DNA of 64,000 nucleotides from NCBI RefSeq assembly GCF_054482595.1, contig NZ_CM137008.1; one strand, 5' to 3'. Shown piece by piece: positions 21,303 to 34,844 of this stretch (position 1 is its first letter; each line of letters starts with the position of its first letter). The notes under the pieces were generated by a model. It saw only the letters and a program-made list of their open reading frames with translations, ran no database searches and was not told where the DNA came from. The position numbers and the translations under genes were made by a program.

Positions 21303-22586
21303 ATGGCTGATACAAAAGCAAAACTCACCCTCAACGGGGACACAGCTGTTGAACTGGATGTGCTGAAAGGCACGCTGGGTCAAGATGTTATTGATATCCG
21401 TACTCTCGGTTCAAAAGGTGTGTTCACCTTTGACCCTGGCTTCACTTCAACCGCATCCTGCGAATCTAAAATTACTTTTATTGATGGTGATGAAGGTATT
21501 TTGCTGCACCGCGGTTTCCCGATCGATCAGCTGGCGACCGATTCTAACTACCTGGAAGTTTGTTACATCCTGCTGAATGGTGAAAAACCGACTCAGGAAC
21601 AGTATGACGAATTTAAAACTACGGTGACCCGTCATACCATGATCCACGAGCAGATTACCCGTCTGTTCCACGCTTTCCGTCGCGACTCACATCCAATGGC
21701 AGTCATGTGTGGTATTACCGGCGCGCTGGCGGCGTTCTATCACGACTCGCTGGATGTTAACAATCCTCGTCATCGTGAAATTGCCGCGTTCCGCCTGCTG
21801 TCGAAAATGCCGACCATGGCAGCGATGTGTTACAAGTATTCCATTGGTCAGCCATTTGTTTATCCGCGCAACGATCTCTCCTATGCCGGTAACTTCCTGA
21901 ATATGATGTTCTCCACGCCGTGCGAACCGTATGAAGTTAATCCGATTCTGGAACGTGCTATGGACCGTATTCTGATCCTGCACGCTGACCATGAACAGAA
22001 CGCCTCTACCTCCACCGTGCGTACCGCTGGCTCTTCGGGTGCGAACCCGTTTGCCTGTATCGCAGCAGGTATTGCTTCACTGTGGGGACCTGCGCACGGT
22101 GGTGCTAACGAAGCGGCGCTGAAAATGCTGGAAGAAATTAGCTCCGTTAAACACATTCCGGAATTTGTTCGTCGTGCGAAAGATAAAAATGATTCTTTCC
22201 GCCTGATGGGCTTCGGTCACCGCGTGTACAAAAATTACGACCCGCGCGCCACCGTAATGCGTGAAACCTGCCATGAAGTTCTGAAAGAGCTGGGCACCAA
22301 AGATGACCTGCTGGAAGTGGCTATGGAGCTGGAAAACATCGCGCTGAACGACCCGTACTTTATCGAGAAGAAACTGTACCCGAACGTCGATTTCTACTCT
22401 GGTATCATCCTGAAAGCGATGGGTATTCCGTCTTCCATGTTCACCGTCATCTTCGCTATGGCCCGTACCGTTGGCTGGATCGCTCACTGGAGCGAAATGC
22501 ACAGTGACGGCATGAAGATCGCCCGTCCGCGCCAGTTGTACACCGGCTATGAAAAACGAGACTTTAAATCAGATGTTAAACATTAA
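21303..22586 (+). CDS. gltA: Citrate synthase
   Basis: 427 aa, [78 protein letters not shown]... Confidence 0.97.
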   Translation: MADTKAKLTLNGDTAVELDVLKGTLGQDVIDIRTLGSKGVFTFDPGFTSTASCESKITFIDGDEGILLHRGFPIDQLATDSNYLEVCYILLNGEKPTQEQYDEFKTTVTRHTMIHEQITRLFHAFRRDSHPMAVMCGITGALAAFYHDSLDVNNPRHREIAAFRLLSKMPTMAAMCYKYSIGQPFVYPRNDLSYAGNFLNMMFSTPCEPYEVNPILERAMDRILILHADHEQNASTSTVRTAGSSGANPFACIAAGIASLWGPAHGGANEAALKMLEEISSVKHIPEFVRRAKDKNDSFRLMGFGHRVYKNYDPRATVMRETCHEVLKELGTKDDLLEVAMELENIALNDPYFIEKKLYPNVDFYSGIILKAMGIPSSMFTVIFAMARTVGWIAHWSEMHSDGMKIARPRQLYTGYEKRDFKSDVKH

Positions 22587-22613
22587 TTATCTGATTTGAA
22601 CCATATATCGTTT

Positions 22614-22646
22614 AGCCCGCCTGAATATCTGGCGGGCTTTTTTTTG
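22614..22646 (+). terminator. gltA intrinsic terminator
   Basis: agcccgcc-(loop)-ggcgggct hairpin followed by a T8 run. Confidence 0.85.
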
Positions 22647-22972
22647 TTCGTTAGTTATGTCTATCGACAAAAAAACGTAATCGGACACAAATACATAATT
22701 ACACGTTACAAGAATACATATCCGATAACTAAATAAAATCCTAATTTTTCATTCACCACCACCGTTATCCCGCCAATCGATGTAGAATACATTGGGTAGC
22801 ACCCACAATTAAATAAACTCGTAATAGGATTAATTCACTTTATTTATGATTCGAGAGCTTTGAGAAACTCTCAAACATAATGTAGCAACTTTAATATTAT
22901 TACATGAGCAAAAAACCACTATTCTGTCGGAATAATTAGTATACTTTATCATAGCCCATGAAGGATTCATGT

Positions 22973-23539
22973 ATGTTTAAAGGACAAAAAACACTGGCCG
23001 CCCTGGCCATATCTCTACTATTCGCTTCACCTGTTTTTGCTGCAGATGAAGGATCTGGTGAAATCCACTTTAAAGGTGAAGTTATTGAAGCACCTTGTGA
23101 AATTCACCCTGATGACCTTGATATGAACATTGACCTGGGTGAAGTAACCACATCCCACATAAATCGAGAACATCATAGCGAGAAAAAACCTGTCAATATT
23201 CGCTTAATCAACTGTGATATTGCAGGCTGGGATGATGGCAACGGTGGCGTGGTCTCAAAGGTAGGCGTGACCTTCGACAGCACAGCTAAAACGACAGGTG
23301 CAACGCCGCTCCTTAGTAACATCAGTGCTGGCGAGGCTACCGGCGTTGGCGTACGTCTCATGAACAAAGATGAATCATTTGTTGTATTGGGAACAGAAGC
23401 GCCAACAATTGACTTATTGGCAAGTTCAACAGAACAAACGTTAAACTTCTTTGCCTGGATGGAACAGATGGATAACGCAGTTTCGGTTACCGCGGGGGCC
23501 GTTACTGCTAACGCAACTTACGTTCTGGATTACCAATAA
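22973..23539 (+). CDS. ybgD: Fimbrial major subunit-like protein (chaperone-usher family)
   Basis: Signal peptide plus fimbrial-subunit-like sequence; start chosen at ATG 22973 (MFKGQK...) with AAGGA 7 nt upstream; the listed ORF begins at 22958. Confidence 0.85.
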   Translation: MFKGQKTLAALAISLLFASPVFAADEGSGEIHFKGEVIEAPCEIHPDDLDMNIDLGEVTTSHINREHHSEKKPVNIRLINCDIAGWDDGNGGVVSKVGVTFDSTAKTTGATPLLSNISAGEATGVGVRLMNKDESFVVLGTEAPTIDLLASSTEQTLNFFAWMEQMDNAVSVTAGAVTANATYVLDYQ

Positions 23540-23588
23540 TCCTTTTTAAGGCGGCTGATTAGCCGCCTTTTGCGAATATTGTTCAGGT

Positions 23589-26048
23589 ATGGATGCCGTG
23601 AATATTTATCGACTCTCTGTTCTTTCCTGTCTGGCAATGGTAACCCCTCCTGCGCTGACAGCTGAATTTAACCTTAACGTTCTCGATAAGTCGATTCGGG
23701 ATAGCGTTGATATTTCGTTGCTCAATCAAAAAGGCGTCGTAGCTCCCGGCGATTACTTTGTTAGTGTTACGGTTAATAATAATAAAATCAGTAATGGGCA
23801 ACAAATTCGCTGGCAAAAATCTGGCGATAAAATTATTCCTTGTATCAATGAATCGCTGATCGAACTCTTCGGACTTAAATCTGACTTTCGTAAAAAATTA
23901 CCTGCAATAAAAGAATGTGTCGATTTTAGTGTCTTCCCTGAAATCATCTTTACTTTCGATCAGGCAAATCAACAGCTCAATATTACAATCCCGCAGGCAT
24001 GGCTGGCGTGGCATTCAGAAAACTGGACGCCACCCTCAACGTGGAATAACGGTATTCCTGGCTTCCTGATGGATTACAACCTGTTTGCCAGCACTTATCG
24101 CCCACAAAGCGGCAGCAGCAGCAACAACCTGAACGCCTATGGCACCACGGGCCTCAACGCCGGGGCATGGCGTCTGCGCAGCGATTATCAGCTTAGCCAG
24201 TCCGATAGCGGCGACAACCGTGAACAATCTGGGGCGATTTCACGGACCTACCTGTTCCGCCCGTTACCGCAAATAGGTTCCCGATTAACCCTGGGCGAAA
24301 CCGATTTTAGCTCTAACATTTTTGATGGTTTCTCCTATACCGGTGCGGCGTTAGCCAGCGACGATCGAATGCTCCCCTGGGAGTTACGCGGCTACGCGCC
24401 GCAAATCAGCGGCATCGCACAGACTAACGCCACGGTCACGATAAGCCATTCTGGTCGCGTGATTTACCAGAAAAAAGTTCCGCCAGGCCCATTTATTATT
24501 GATGACCTGAATCAGTCAGTGCAAGGTACACTGGATGTCAAAGTGAGCGAAGAAGATGGACGGGTGAATAACTTCCAGGTTTCAGCGGCCTCTACCCCGT
24601 TCCTGACGCGTCAGGGCCAGGTGCGCTATAAACTGGCTGCCGGTCGCCCGCGTTCCTCTATGTCGCACCACACCGAGGATGAAACCTTCATTAGCCATGA
24701 AGTCTCCTGGGGAATGCTCTCCAACACTTCACTATATGGCGGCATGCTTCTCGCAGGCGATGACTATCGTTCCGGCGCGCTGGGTATTGGGCAAAATATG
24801 CTCTGGCTGGGGGCGCTGTCGTTTGACGTGACCTGGGCCGACAGCCATTTTGATACTCAACAGGATGAGCAGGGTTACAGCTACCGCTTTAACTACAGCA
24901 AACAGGTTGATGCGACCAACAGCACCATCTCATTGGCAGCCTATCGCTTCTCCGATCGCCATTTTCACAGCTACGCTAACTACATTGATCACAAATACAA
25001 TGACGCCGACGCGCAGGATGAAAAGCAAACCATCAGCCTCTCCTTCGGTCAGCCTATTACTCCGCTGAATCTTAATCTCTACGCCAACATCCTGCATCAG
25101 AGCTGGTGGAATGCGGATACCTCCACCACGGCCAACATTACCGTCGGTTTTAACGTCGACATTGGCGACTGGAAAGATATTTCTGTCTCGACCTCGTTCA
25201 ACACCACCCATTATGAAGATAAAGATCGCGACAACCAGATTTACTTTTCGATCTCCTTACCGATTGGGGAAAGTGGTCGACTGGGTTATGACATGCAGAA
25301 CAACAGTAATACTACCACCCACCGCATGTCGTGGAACGATACCCTGGATGAACGAAACAGTTGGGGAATGTCGGCTGGAATACAATCCGATCGCCCGGAT
25401 AACGGTGCGCAGGTCAGCGGCAATTACCAACACCTCAGTTCGGCGGGGGAATGGGATCTGACCGGAACCTATGCCGCCAATGATTACACTTCCGCCAGTG
25501 CCAGTTGGAGCGGCTCGTTTACCGCGACTCAACATGGCGCGGCATTCCATCGCCGCAGTTCCACCAATGAACCACGCCTGATGGTCAGCACCGACGGCGT
25601 GGGCGATATTCCGATTCAGGGCAATAATGACTACACCAACCGCTTTGGTATTGCCGTGGTACCGTTTGTTTCCAGCTACCAGCCTACGACGGTAGCGGTC
25701 AATATGAACGACTTGCCTGACGGCGTTACCGTTTCCGAAAACGTGGTGAAAGAAACCTGGACCGAAGGCGCCATCGGCTTTAAATCGCTGGCGTCCCGCG
25801 CCGGGAAAGATCTCAACGTCATTATCAGCGATGCTAACGGGCATTTCCCGCCGCTCGGTGCCGATGTTCGCCAGGCTGAAGGCGGTGTCAGCGTCGGGAT
25901 GGTTGGCGAAAACGGTCACGCATGGCTGAGTGGGGTCGATGAAAATCAACAATTTACCGTGCACTGGGGCGACCAGAAAACGTGTGCCATTCATCTGCCG
26001 GAACATCTGGAAGATGTGACTAATCGCCTGATTTTACCCTGTCATTAA
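23589..26048 (+). CDS. ybgQ: Fimbrial outer-membrane usher
   Basis: About 819 aa, usher-family length and composition; exact start uncertain (ATG 23589 or GTG 23598). Confidence 0.85.
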   Translation: MDAVNIYRLSVLSCLAMVTPPALTAEFNLNVLDKSIRDSVDISLLNQKGVVAPGDYFVSVTVNNNKISNGQQIRWQKSGDKIIPCINESLIELFGLKSDFRKKLPAIKECVDFSVFPEIIFTFDQANQQLNITIPQAWLAWHSENWTPPSTWNNGIPGFLMDYNLFASTYRPQSGSSSNNLNAYGTTGLNAGAWRLRSDYQLSQSDSGDNREQSGAISRTYLFRPLPQIGSRLTLGETDFSSNIFDGFSYTGAALASDDRMLPWELRGYAPQISGIAQTNATVTISHSGRVIYQKKVPPGPFIIDDLNQSVQGTLDVKVSEEDGRVNNFQVSAASTPFLTRQGQVRYKLAAGRPRSSMSHHTEDETFISHEVSWGMLSNTSLYGGMLLAGDDYRSGALGIGQNMLWLGALSFDVTWADSHFDTQQDEQGYSYRFNYSKQVDATNSTISLAAYRFSDRHFHSYANYIDHKYNDADAQDEKQTISLSFGQPITPLNLNLYANILHQSWWNADTSTTANITVGFNVDIGDWKDISVSTSFNTTHYEDKDRDNQIYFSISLPIGESGRLGYDMQNNSNTTTHRMSWNDTLDERNSWGMSAGIQSDRPDNGAQVSGNYQHLSSAGEWDLTGTYAANDYTSASASWSGSFTATQHGAAFHRRSSTNEPRLMVSTDGVGDIPIQGNNDYTNRFGIAVVPFVSSYQPTTVAVNMNDLPDGVTVSENVVKETWTEGAIGFKSLASRAGKDLNVIISDANGHFPPLGADVRQAEGGVSVGMVGENGHAWLSGVDENQQFTVHWGDQKTCAIHLPEHLEDVTNRLILPCH

Positions 26049-26062
26049 TTAAGGAAAAGACG

Positions 26063-26794
26063 ATGACATTTGTTAAAGGATTCCCTTTGATTCTTCTGGT
26101 TGCCAGTATGTGCAGCCACGGCGCAGTGCAGCCTGACCGCACGCGCATCATCTTTAATAGCAAAGATAAAGCAACCAGCCTGCGCGTGGAAAACCGCAGC
26201 GAAAAACTCCCCTACCTCGCCTATTCATGGATAGAAAATGAAAAGGGAGAGAAAAGCGATGAATTTCTCGTCGCCCTGCCGCCTATCCAGCGACTGGAGC
26301 CAAAAGCGACTTCGCAGGTTCGGATCATGAAACAAGCCGCCACCGCGAAATTACCCACCGATCGCGAATCTCTCTTTTACTATAACCTGCGTGAAATTCC
26401 GCCTGTCCCGGAAGGCAGCGAGGGCCATGCGATCCTGCAAGTCGCCGTCCAAAGTCGCATTAAGCTATTCTGGCGGCCCGCCGCATTACGCAAAAAAATG
26501 GGCGATCATGTTGAGCAACAGCTACAGGTTAGCCAGCAGAATAACCAGCTTACCCTGAAAAACCCGACCGGATACTATCTGACTATTGCCTATCTTGGGC
26601 GGGATGAGAAAGGCGTGCTGCCTGGCTTTAAAAGCACGATGGTCGCACCGTTCAGTTCGGTCACCACCAGCACGGGCAGCTATAGCGGCAAGCAGTTTTA
26701 TCTTGGCTACATGGACGACTACGGCGCATTGCGTATGAACACGCTCTCCTGCCAGCGGCAATGCCGCCTGCAGCCGGTGGAGAATAAAAAATGA
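26063..26794 (+). CDS. ybgP: Periplasmic fimbrial chaperone (PapD-like)
   Basis: 243 aa with signal peptide; position between usher and adhesin-like gene. Confidence 0.85.
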   Translation: MTFVKGFPLILLVASMCSHGAVQPDRTRIIFNSKDKATSLRVENRSEKLPYLAYSWIENEKGEKSDEFLVALPPIQRLEPKATSQVRIMKQAATAKLPTDRESLFYYNLREIPPVPEGSEGHAILQVAVQSRIKLFWRPAALRKKMGDHVEQQLQVSQQNNQLTLKNPTGYYLTIAYLGRDEKGVLPGFKSTMVAPFSSVTTSTGSYSGKQFYLGYMDDYGALRMNTLSCQRQCRLQPVENKK

Positions 26795-27852
26795 GATTCG
26801 CCAAAGGCGTGTTGCTCGCCATCTGTCTGATTTTTTTGCCGCTAAAAGCGGCGCTGGCGCTGAACTGCTATTTTGGTACCGCAAACGGCGCTGTAGAAAA
26901 ATCGGAAGCTATTATGCCCTTCGCCGTTCCGGCCAATTCCAAACCCGGCGATAAAATCTGGGAATCTGACGATATAAAAATTCCGGTCTACTGTGACAAC
27001 AACACAAACGGTAATTTTGAAAGCGAGCACGTCTACGCCTGGGTAAACCCTTACCCCGGTATTCAGGATCCCTATTATCAATTGGGCGTAACCTATGAAG
27101 GCGTGGACTATGACGCAAGCCTTGGGAAAAGCCGCATCGACACGAATCAGTGCATCGACAGTAAGAATATTGATATTTACACCCCGGAGCAGATCATTGC
27201 GATGGGCTGGCAAAATAAACTTTGCTCCGGCGATCCAACCGTTATGCACAAATCGCGGACGTTTGTGGCGCGTATGCGGCTTTACGTTAAAGTTCGCGCC
27301 ATGCCGCCCCATGATTATCAGAGCAAACTCAGCGATTACATCGTCGTACAGTTTGATGGCGCAGGCAGCGTGAACGAAGACCCTACCGCGAAGAATCTGA
27401 AATATCACATTACCGGTCTGGAAAATATCCGCGTGCTGGATTGCAGCGTCAACTTTGCTATCTCACCTGAAACCCAGGTCGTTGATTTTGGCCGATTTAA
27501 CGTGCTGGATATTCGTCGCCATACGATGTCGCAGCAATTTAAAATAACTACAACCAAATCACAAAACGACCAGTGTACCGACGGTTTTAAAGTCAGCTCT
27601 TCGTTTTATACCGATGAAACCCTTATCGACGAAGATAAATCACTGCTCATTGGCAATGGCCTGAAGCTTCGATTGTTGGATGAAAATGCCTCACCCTATA
27701 CTTTCAACAAATACAGTGAGTATGCCGATTTTACCAGCGACCTGTTAGTGTATGAAAAAACCTACACGGCAGAATTGTCATCCACGCCGGGTACGCCCAT
27801 CGACGTTGGTCCCTTTGATACAGTGGTACTTTTCAAAATTAACTACAACTGA
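26791..27852 (+). CDS. ybgO: Fimbrial adhesin-like protein
   Basis: 353 aa, signal peptide; 4-nt overlap with ybgP; last gene of the cluster. Confidence 0.8.
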   Translation: MRFAKGVLLAICLIFLPLKAALALNCYFGTANGAVEKSEAIMPFAVPANSKPGDKIWESDDIKIPVYCDNNTNGNFESEHVYAWVNPYPGIQDPYYQLGVTYEGVDYDASLGKSRIDTNQCIDSKNIDIYTPEQIIAMGWQNKLCSGDPTVMHKSRTFVARMRLYVKVRAMPPHDYQSKLSDYIVVQFDGAGSVNEDPTAKNLKYHITGLENIRVLDCSVNFAISPETQVVDFGRFNVLDIRRHTMSQQFKITTTKSQNDQCTDGFKVSSSFYTDETLIDEDKSLLIGNGLKLRLLDENASPYTFNKYSEYADFTSDLLVYEKTYTAELSSTPGTPIDVGPFDTVVLFKINYN

Positions 27853-28000
27853 TTTAGCCTATTGCCCTTTCCAGCCGGAGAGGGCTTCTTCGGTTAATTG
27901 CCAATTTTCCGGCTTTTATTGATTACCGTTATTTTTTCCATGCCCGGCATTCTTTATGCTGTATCGATACACCAAAGAGAAAATAATGAGGGAGCAAAGG

Positions 28001-29047
28001 ATGCCAGTTTTGCAGTGGGGAATGTTATGTGTGCTATCACTTCTCCTTTCTATTGGTTTCCTCGCGGTACATCTCCCGGCGGCATTATTACTTGGGCCGA
28101 TGATCGCCGGGATCATCTTCAGTATGCGCGGGGTTACCCTGCAACTCCCCCGCTCCGCTTTTCTCGCCGCGCAGGCCATTCTTGGCTGCATGATTGCGCA
28201 AAACTTGACCGGTTCGATCCTGACCACGCTGGCGGTTAACTGGCCGATTATGTTAGCTATTTTACTGGTGACGTTGCTTTCCAGCGCTATCGTGGGATGG
28301 CTACTGGTGCGCTATAGCTCACTGCCCGGAAATACTGGTGCCTGGGGCTCCTCGCCTGGCGGGGCTGCGGCAATGGTCGCAATGGCGCAGGATTACGGCG
28401 CAGATATCCGCCTGGTGGCGTTTATGCAGTATCTGCGAGTGCTGTTTGTCGCGGGGGCCGCAGTTCTGGTCACGCGAATGATGCTGGGCGATAACGCTGA
28501 AGCGGTTAACCAGCATATCGTCTGGTTCCCGCCAGTGAGCATTAATCTCCTGCTTACTATTTTGCTCGCGGTCGTTGCCGGTACAGTGGGATGCCTGCTG
28601 CGTCTTCCTTCCGGCACGATGCTCATCCCGATGCTGGCGGGCGCAGTGCTCCAGTCTGGTCAGCTCATCACCATCGAACTACCGGAATGGCTGCTGGCGA
28701 TGGCGTATATGGCAATTGGCTGGCGGATTGGTCTTGGTTTCGATAAACAAATCTTACTGCGGGCACTACGCCCGCTACCACAAATCCTGCTGTCGATTTT
28801 TGCTCTGCTGGCTATTTGTGCGGGTATGGCGTGGGGGCTGACCCGGTTTATGCACATTGATTTTATGACTGCCTACCTCGCCACCAGCCCCGGCGGGCTT
28901 GATACCGTGGCGGTCATCGCCGCAGGGAGCAATGCCGATATGGCGCTCATTATGGCGATGCAAACCCTGCGCCTGTTCAGTATTTTGCTGACAGGGCCTG
29001 CCATTGCGCGGTTTATTTCAACCTATGCGCCGAAACGTACGGCCTAG
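28001..29047 (+). CDS. abrB: AbrB-family membrane protein (putative regulator/transporter)
   Basis: Start set at [16 protein letters not shown]... (348 aa), multi-TM protein; stop overlaps the nei stop (shared CTAG). Confidence 0.85.
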   Translation: MPVLQWGMLCVLSLLLSIGFLAVHLPAALLLGPMIAGIIFSMRGVTLQLPRSAFLAAQAILGCMIAQNLTGSILTTLAVNWPIMLAILLVTLLSSAIVGWLLVRYSSLPGNTGAWGSSPGGAAAMVAMAQDYGADIRLVAFMQYLRVLFVAGAAVLVTRMMLGDNAEAVNQHIVWFPPVSINLLLTILLAVVAGTVGCLLRLPSGTMLIPMLAGAVLQSGQLITIELPEWLLAMAYMAIGWRIGLGFDKQILLRALRPLPQILLSIFALLAICAGMAWGLTRFMHIDFMTAYLATSPGGLDTVAVIAAGSNADMALIMAMQTLRLFSILLTGPAIARFISTYAPKRTA

Positions 29048-29835
29048 TGCTGGCAGCCCGGACACCAGTAAAACGGGCGAGATGACAGCGTGGTTTTCTC
29101 AATGATGCCGCCACAGCGTTCGCACAGTTCGCCATCACGATGAAAAACCTTAAAGCGAAACAGCGCCCCATGATGCTTATTCTCATCCACCTGCCCCCGC
29201 GTAGCGTAAGAAAACCGAGGAATATCCAGTAACGCGTGTGCGAGTGCATCCAGTTGCGCCGCATTGAGGTCTTTCGCTTTATGATTTCCAGTCAACCCAA
29301 CCTGCCAGAGGATCTCCACACGCAAATAATTGCCAAGCCCAGCCAGAAACGCCTGATCGAGCAGTAATCCAGCAAACTGACGGTTACGAAAGCGCGGCGA
29401 CAATAACCGTTCTTTCACCACCTCCGGCGTCAGATTCGGATCCAGCACATCGGGACCAACGCGTTGTAAAAACGGATGCGTGGTCAGTTGTTCCGGGGTC
29501 AACATCTCAATATCCGAGGCGCTATAAAGCAGAATGGTTTTGTCAGCCGTTTGCAGTTTTACCCGCAATACTCGCGTGGTCTGCGACTCTTCGCCGGTAT
29601 CAACCACGCGCCAGACGCCATAAAGCTGATTATGGCTGTAGAGCGTTAATTCGTTGGAAAAATGAGTTAACAGCGCCTTACCACGCGTTTCCACATGGGT
29701 AACGTGTTGACCGATAAGTTGTGATTGATAAGATTTTAACTGCGGGAAAGCAAACCAGACATCAGTTAGTGGTTTGCCTTTGATCGCCGCCTCCAGGTTA
29801 TCCGCTGCACGGCGGATCTCCGGGCCTTCAGGCAT
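29044..29835 (-). CDS. nei: Endonuclease VIII (DNA glycosylase/AP lyase)
   Basis: 263 aa, [28 protein letters not shown]..., C-terminal zinc finger CxxC...CxxC. Confidence 0.96.
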   Translation of the reverse strand: MPEGPEIRRAADNLEAAIKGKPLTDVWFAFPQLKSYQSQLIGQHVTHVETRGKALLTHFSNELTLYSHNQLYGVWRVVDTGEESQTTRVLRVKLQTADKTILLYSASDIEMLTPEQLTTHPFLQRVGPDVLDPNLTPEVVKERLLSPRFRNRQFAGLLLDQAFLAGLGNYLRVEILWQVGLTGNHKAKDLNAAQLDALAHALLDIPRFSYATRGQVDENKHHGALFRFKVFHRDGELCERCGGIIEKTTLSSRPFYWCPGCQH

Positions 29836-29870
29836 GGTGATATCCTTTTTTCATTCTTTATTAATCGGGA

Positions 29871-30605
29871 TTATGCTGCGACAACAATCCCCTTTTCGGC
29901 AAATGTAGAGCGTAGTCGGCGGGCGAACGCCAGTGCGTGCTCGCCGTCGCCATGCAGGCAGACCGTTTGCGCCGTGACCGTTGCCCATTCGCCGGTGATA
30001 CTTTTGACTCTGCCGTGTTGCACCATCTCCAGCGTTTGCGCCAACGCCTGTTCTTCGTTTTCAATCAACGCGCCTGGCTGATTTCGCGGCACCAGCGAGC
30101 CGTCAGCCTGATAACCGCGATCGGCAAACACTTCCTCGCGCGTTGTCAGGCCATATTGCTTGCCTGCACGAATCAGCTCGCTTCCCGCCAGCCCGACGAG
30201 AATCAATGCCGGATCGCAAGCGTATACCGCTCTGGCGATGGCGTCTGCCAGTTGAGCCTCTTTCGCCGCCTGGTTGTATAACATGCCATGCGGTTTGACA
30301 TGACGCATTACACCGACTTGCGCACGGGCAATCGTTGCCAGCGCACCAATTTGATACAGCGTCTGGGCGTAAACGGTTTCTGGCGGCAGCTGCATAGCGC
30401 TGCGACCAAAATTTTCCCTGTCGGGAAAACTCGGATGAGCGCCAATCGCGACACCATTTTTTATTGCTTCACGCACGCAAGCCTGCATGGTTTGCGCATC
30501 GCCTGCATGAAATCCACAGGCAATATTGGCAGAGGAAACCAGCGTTAATAGCTCTGCGTCGCTGGCGCAGCCTTCGCCCAGATCGGCGTTCAGGTCAATT
30601 TTCAT
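29871..30605 (-). CDS. pxpA: 5-oxoprolinase subunit A (LamB/YcsF family)
   Basis: 244 aa, [36 protein letters not shown]... Confidence 0.93.
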   Translation of the reverse strand: MKIDLNADLGEGCASDAELLTLVSSANIACGFHAGDAQTMQACVREAIKNGVAIGAHPSFPDRENFGRSAMQLPPETVYAQTLYQIGALATIARAQVGVMRHVKPHGMLYNQAAKEAQLADAIARAVYACDPALILVGLAGSELIRAGKQYGLTTREEVFADRGYQADGSLVPRNQPGALIENEEQALAQTLEMVQHGRVKSITGEWATVTAQTVCLHGDGEHALAFARRLRSTFAEKGIVVAA

Positions 30606-31527
30606 TGTGCAGCCGCCACGCTAATTGTTCAAAATAACGTTGCTGATCTTGCCGCGCTTTCAGTGCCTCTTCCAGTGAACACTGGACAAAATGAATCGGC
30701 TGACCGAGCGGAATTTGCGCCAGATGGTACATATCAGCCTCAATGATACAGGCAATACGCGGGTAACCACCGGTGGTCTGTGCGTCGTTCATCAACACAA
30801 TGGGCTGCCCGTTATGCGGCACCTGCACCACGCCCGGTAACAAACCGTGAGATAACAGTTCGCGATCGGTGGTGCGTTTTAAAATTTGCCCCTGTAAGCG
30901 ATAGCCCATGCGGTTACTTTGCGAGCTAAGCTGCCAGGGCGAACGCCAGAATGCATCCTGCGAGGCGCGATCGAACTCATGATATTCCGGCCCCGGCAAG
31001 GCGCGAATGCGGTTGCCCCACAGCAGCTGTTTAACGCCCTGCGCTTCCATAAAATCACGCTTCGCTTTGCCAATCGGGAGTCGGTCACCATCCTTCAGTA
31101 AACGGCCTTCCAGCCCGCCAATCCCCACTTTGAGATCGGTGCTGCATGACCCCATTACCGGCGGAACATCAATACCACCCGCGACCGCCAGATAACTGCG
31201 CATCCCGTGCTGCGGGCGTTTAAGCGTTAAACGCTGGCCTGCTTTCATCGGCAATCGCCAGCCGGTCCAGACGGCATTATCATCCAGCCGCGCTTCGCAA
31301 CCGGCACCCGTCAGAGCAAACCACCCATCAGTTTCGAACTCAACCGTTAACTGACCGAGCGTGATCTCCAGCGCGGGGGCATTGGCGTCATTACCCACCA
31401 GCAGGTTAGCAATGCGTAACGCAGGCATATCCAGTGCGCCGCAGTGGCTGATACCCGACTGGCGAAAACCGTGACGACCGCCATCTTGCACAGTGGTATA
31501 CATGCCCGCACGAATAATCTTCAGCAT
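30595..31527 (-). CDS. pxpC: 5-oxoprolinase subunit C
   Basis: 310 aa; overlaps pxpA by 11 nt and pxpB by 7 nt. Confidence 0.92.
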
Positions 31528-32177
31528 ACTCCCTCCTTTTGCGGTACAAAGCGCACGCTGTCTCCCGGACGTAATAAGATGGGTTCGTCACGCGCCGGAT
31601 CAAACAGGCTGAGTGAGGTATGACCAATCAACTGCCAGCCACCCGGCGTTGCCAGCGGATAAACACCAGTCTGCGGCCCGCCGATCCCGACAGAACCTGC
31701 CGGAACGAGCAAGCGCGGTTCAGCGCGCCGTGGCGTGTGTAGTTGTTCCGGCAAACTCCCGAGATACGGGAAGCCCGGTTGAAAACCTAAAAACCAGACC
31801 ACGTATTCCACGGAGGAGTGCAATTCAACAACCTGTTTTTCGCTCAACCCGCAATGCGCCGCGACCACCGCCAAATCCGGTCCGCCTGCACCACCGTAAA
31901 CCACCGGAATTTCAATAAAGCGAGACTCAGGTTCCAGGGCCTCGCTCTCCTCCCACCAGCGTTGCAAACGCTCTATGGCATCCAGCGCCAGCGACTCAGG
32001 ATTACGCAAAATCACCGTGATATTGTTCATGCCGGGAATGGCTTCAACCACATTCGGCATATCCACCAGACGCTGCGCCAGTCGCCAGATCCGTTTCTGG
32101 CTAGCCAGCGTCACCGGCGGTTCCAGTTCCAGCACTACCGCCGTTTCACCTATCAGATAACAACGCGCTCGTTGCAC
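31521..32177 (-). CDS. pxpB: 5-oxoprolinase subunit B
   Basis: 218 aa; first gene of the pxpBCA operon. Confidence 0.92.
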
Positions 32178-32199
32178 TTTCGATCCCTCTGATTATTCG

Positions 32200-32943
32200 T
32201 TATGCAGGATTAGGAATATCAATAAAGGTCACATCAAGATCGGTATTTTCATTCAGCCACTCGCTCAATGCGCGAATACCACCACGTTCAGTGGCATGGT
32301 GACCTGCAGCATAAAAATGCAATCCCTGCTCGCGGGCTGAATGAATGGTCTGTTCAGAAACTTCGCCAGTAATAAAAGCATCCACGCCAAAACGCGCGGC
32401 GCTATCGATAAAACTTTGCCCGCCGCCCGTGCACCAGGCGACGCGCTGGACCACCTCAGGTCCGGTATCGCCACACCATAACGGCTTACGTCCCAGACGC
32501 GCTTCAATCCAGGAAGCCAGCTCCAGTCCCGGTACAGGCATGGTCAGTTCGCCCCACGGCACCAACGGCTCAATTTCGCCCATGACCGTAATCCCCAGTA
32601 ACGCCGCCAGCTGTGCGTTATTGCCCAGCTCAGGATGTGCGTCAAGCGGCAAATGCCAGCCATACAGGTTGATATCATTCGCCAGCAACGTTTTTAAACG
32701 GTTACGCTTCATGCCGCGAATGACCGGAGATTCGCCTTTCCAGAAGTAGCCATGATGCACAATGACCGCATCCGCGCCCAGACGCACTGCCTCATCGAGC
32801 AAAGCCTGGCTGGCAGTGACACCGGTAACAATTTTTTGCACCGTCTCTTTGCCTTCCACCTGCAAACCATTCGGCGCGTAATCACTAATCGCCGCGCTGT
32901 TCAGTTTTTCGTTAATCAGTTGTTCCAGTTCGGTGTTTTTCAT
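32200..32943 (-). CDS. ybgI: Nif3-family metal-binding protein (GTP cyclohydrolase 1 type 2 homologue)
   Basis: 247 aa, MKNTELEQLINEKLNSAAISDYAPNGLQVEG... Confidence 0.93.
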   Translation of the reverse strand: MKNTELEQLINEKLNSAAISDYAPNGLQVEGKETVQKIVTGVTASQALLDEAVRLGADAVIVHHGYFWKGESPVIRGMKRNRLKTLLANDINLYGWHLPLDAHPELGNNAQLAALLGITVMGEIEPLVPWGELTMPVPGLELASWIEARLGRKPLWCGDTGPEVVQRVAWCTGGGQSFIDSAARFGVDAFITGEVSEQTIHSAREQGLHFYAAGHHATERGGIRALSEWLNENTDLDVTFIDIPNPA

Positions 32944-33030
32944 CTTCGCGCCTTCCGTATTCTGATAGCTACACCGTTAACATAGCGTTACCTCGCCTGT
33001 TCGTCGATAGCCAATCTTTTGACATATTAA

Positions 33031-34695
<1,665 letters not shown>

Positions 34696-34699
34696 CAGG

Positions 34700-34840
34700 C
34701 CAGCACCGATGCCTGATGCGACGCTTGACGCGTCTTATCAGGCCTACGTATTTCCTGCAATTTATTGAATTTGCAAAAATTTGTAGGCTGGATAAGGCGT
34801 TCACGCCGCATCCGGCATCTGGGCTCGATTGCCTGACGCG
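34700..34840. repeat. REP/BIME palindromic elements between dtpD and phr
   Basis: gcctgatgcgacgc...cgtcttatcaggcctac and ggctggataaggcgttcacgccgcatccggc. Confidence 0.8.
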
Positions 34841-34844
34841 TCTG

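Noticed and set aside
27853-27955. Possible terminator hairpin after ybgO (gccctttcc...agagggc)
   Set aside because: The stem is imperfect and lacks a clear U-run; too weak to call.
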